Source of the DNA: Eledone cirrhosa
Taxonomy: Eukaryota
Direction: 5' to 3'
NCBI GenBank assembly: GCA_964016885.1
Contig: OZ024744.1
Coordinates: 9,982,001-10,046,000 of the forward strand
Length of the DNA stretch: 64,000 nucleotides
The position numbers were made by a program, and so were the translations under genes. Positions 63,100 through 64,000 of this stretch are shown here, piece after piece; position 1 is the stretch's first letter, and each line of letters starts with the position of its first letter. Below the pieces are notes generated by a model, which saw only the letters and a list, made by a program, of their open reading frames with translations, was not told the DNA's origin and ran no database searches.

Positions 63100-63599
63100 T
63101 TGTATAATCGAAATGAATTCTAGCTGTTGGCCGATTCTGTAATGTTGAAATTTCAATCATTCTTCCTGTCTGTAAATCCATTTAGAATTAAGTACTCCTG
63201 TTAGAAAAGCAGTTATGTCTCACTTATTTGTTTTTCCAGTATCTCCCAGGCTGGCTACGCACGTCCAGAAATCCCCTTTTCCCTCCCACCCACCCCCACT
63301 TACCACCATAGTTATTGGGCCATTCAAAGCTCAGCAGTTTTATAGTAAGGTTTCTAAGGCTAATCTCTGTCGCAAGGCTGATACTTCTTCAACTTAAACC
63401 TGTGTTCACTATGATAAATGGATTACGGAGTTGGGGAATATGAACACTCACAATGACAACCACAAAGATAAATTCTCCTTCCGTTTCAGGACAAGCATGC
63501 AAACGCTCCTCTTTATATCAGATATGGAAGCCCAAGACCAACATAATTTTGTCTCTCACACGCCTTCTTGTGCCTCCATCCCATCCCTTTCTCCCTCCC

Positions 63600-64000
63600 A
63601 GCGAAATCCAAAACTTCAGAGTTGGTACCATGAACATAGGCACAGTGAAACGGGGTTGTAGAGATGCTTGAATGTAAGGAAGTCAATGTTTGTTGTGTTC
63701 AAGAGACCAGGTGGAGGGGTGGGTCTGCTAGATTCATTGTGGGCAAGAAACAATGCTATAAGCTTTTCTGGATGGGTTGTGATAGCGGGCTGGGTGCTGT
63801 TGGAATTATGTTAGCAGAAAAATGGGTAGACAAGAAAATTACCATAGATAGAGTGAATGACAGGATCATTAAAATAAGATTAGTACTAAATAGGACAACT
63901 GTATCTAATATTTCTGCTTATGCACCCCAATCTGGCCTACCTGACGTTATAAAATACAGGTTCTATGAGTCTCTAATGCTCAGTACCTCCCAGATACCTA
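63600..64000 (+). mobile_element. 5' part (APE endonuclease) of a decayed RTE LINE, continues beyond the window
   Basis: LRVGTMNIGT, CCVQETRWRG, YKLFWMG, VGI, VNDRII, ISAYAPQ. Confidence 0.85.

Overview
Eukaryotic, gene-free, repeat-saturated window. The SINE and MITE motifs and the (TA)n density suggest an octopus/cephalopod genome (inference). It is a mosaic of decayed retrotransposons sitting in (TA)n microsatellites. (i) At least three RTE-clade LINE families with (GAT)n tails, whose RT carries an internal C4HC3 PHD-type finger. (ii) A near full-length BovB-like RTE with three C-terminal C2H2 fingers, plus a non-autonomous bipartite derivative. (iii) Many Penelope-like elements (PLEs, RT plus GIY-YIG; Neptune-like and Hydra-like) with inverted pseudo-LTR ends. 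(iv) One CR1-type fragment, tRNA-SINEs, two non-autonomous Helitrons and small MITEs. No host gene could be supported. The most notable signal is about 19 type I hammerhead ribozyme motifs, folded by eye, from roughly 9-10 PLE-type ends. They include a recurring form with a 49-105 nt stem II opened by a C-A mismatch, a U3-A8 compensatory-core form, and a form with an extra nucleotide after A9. Element boundaries are approximate and none of the ribozymes has been tested for activity.
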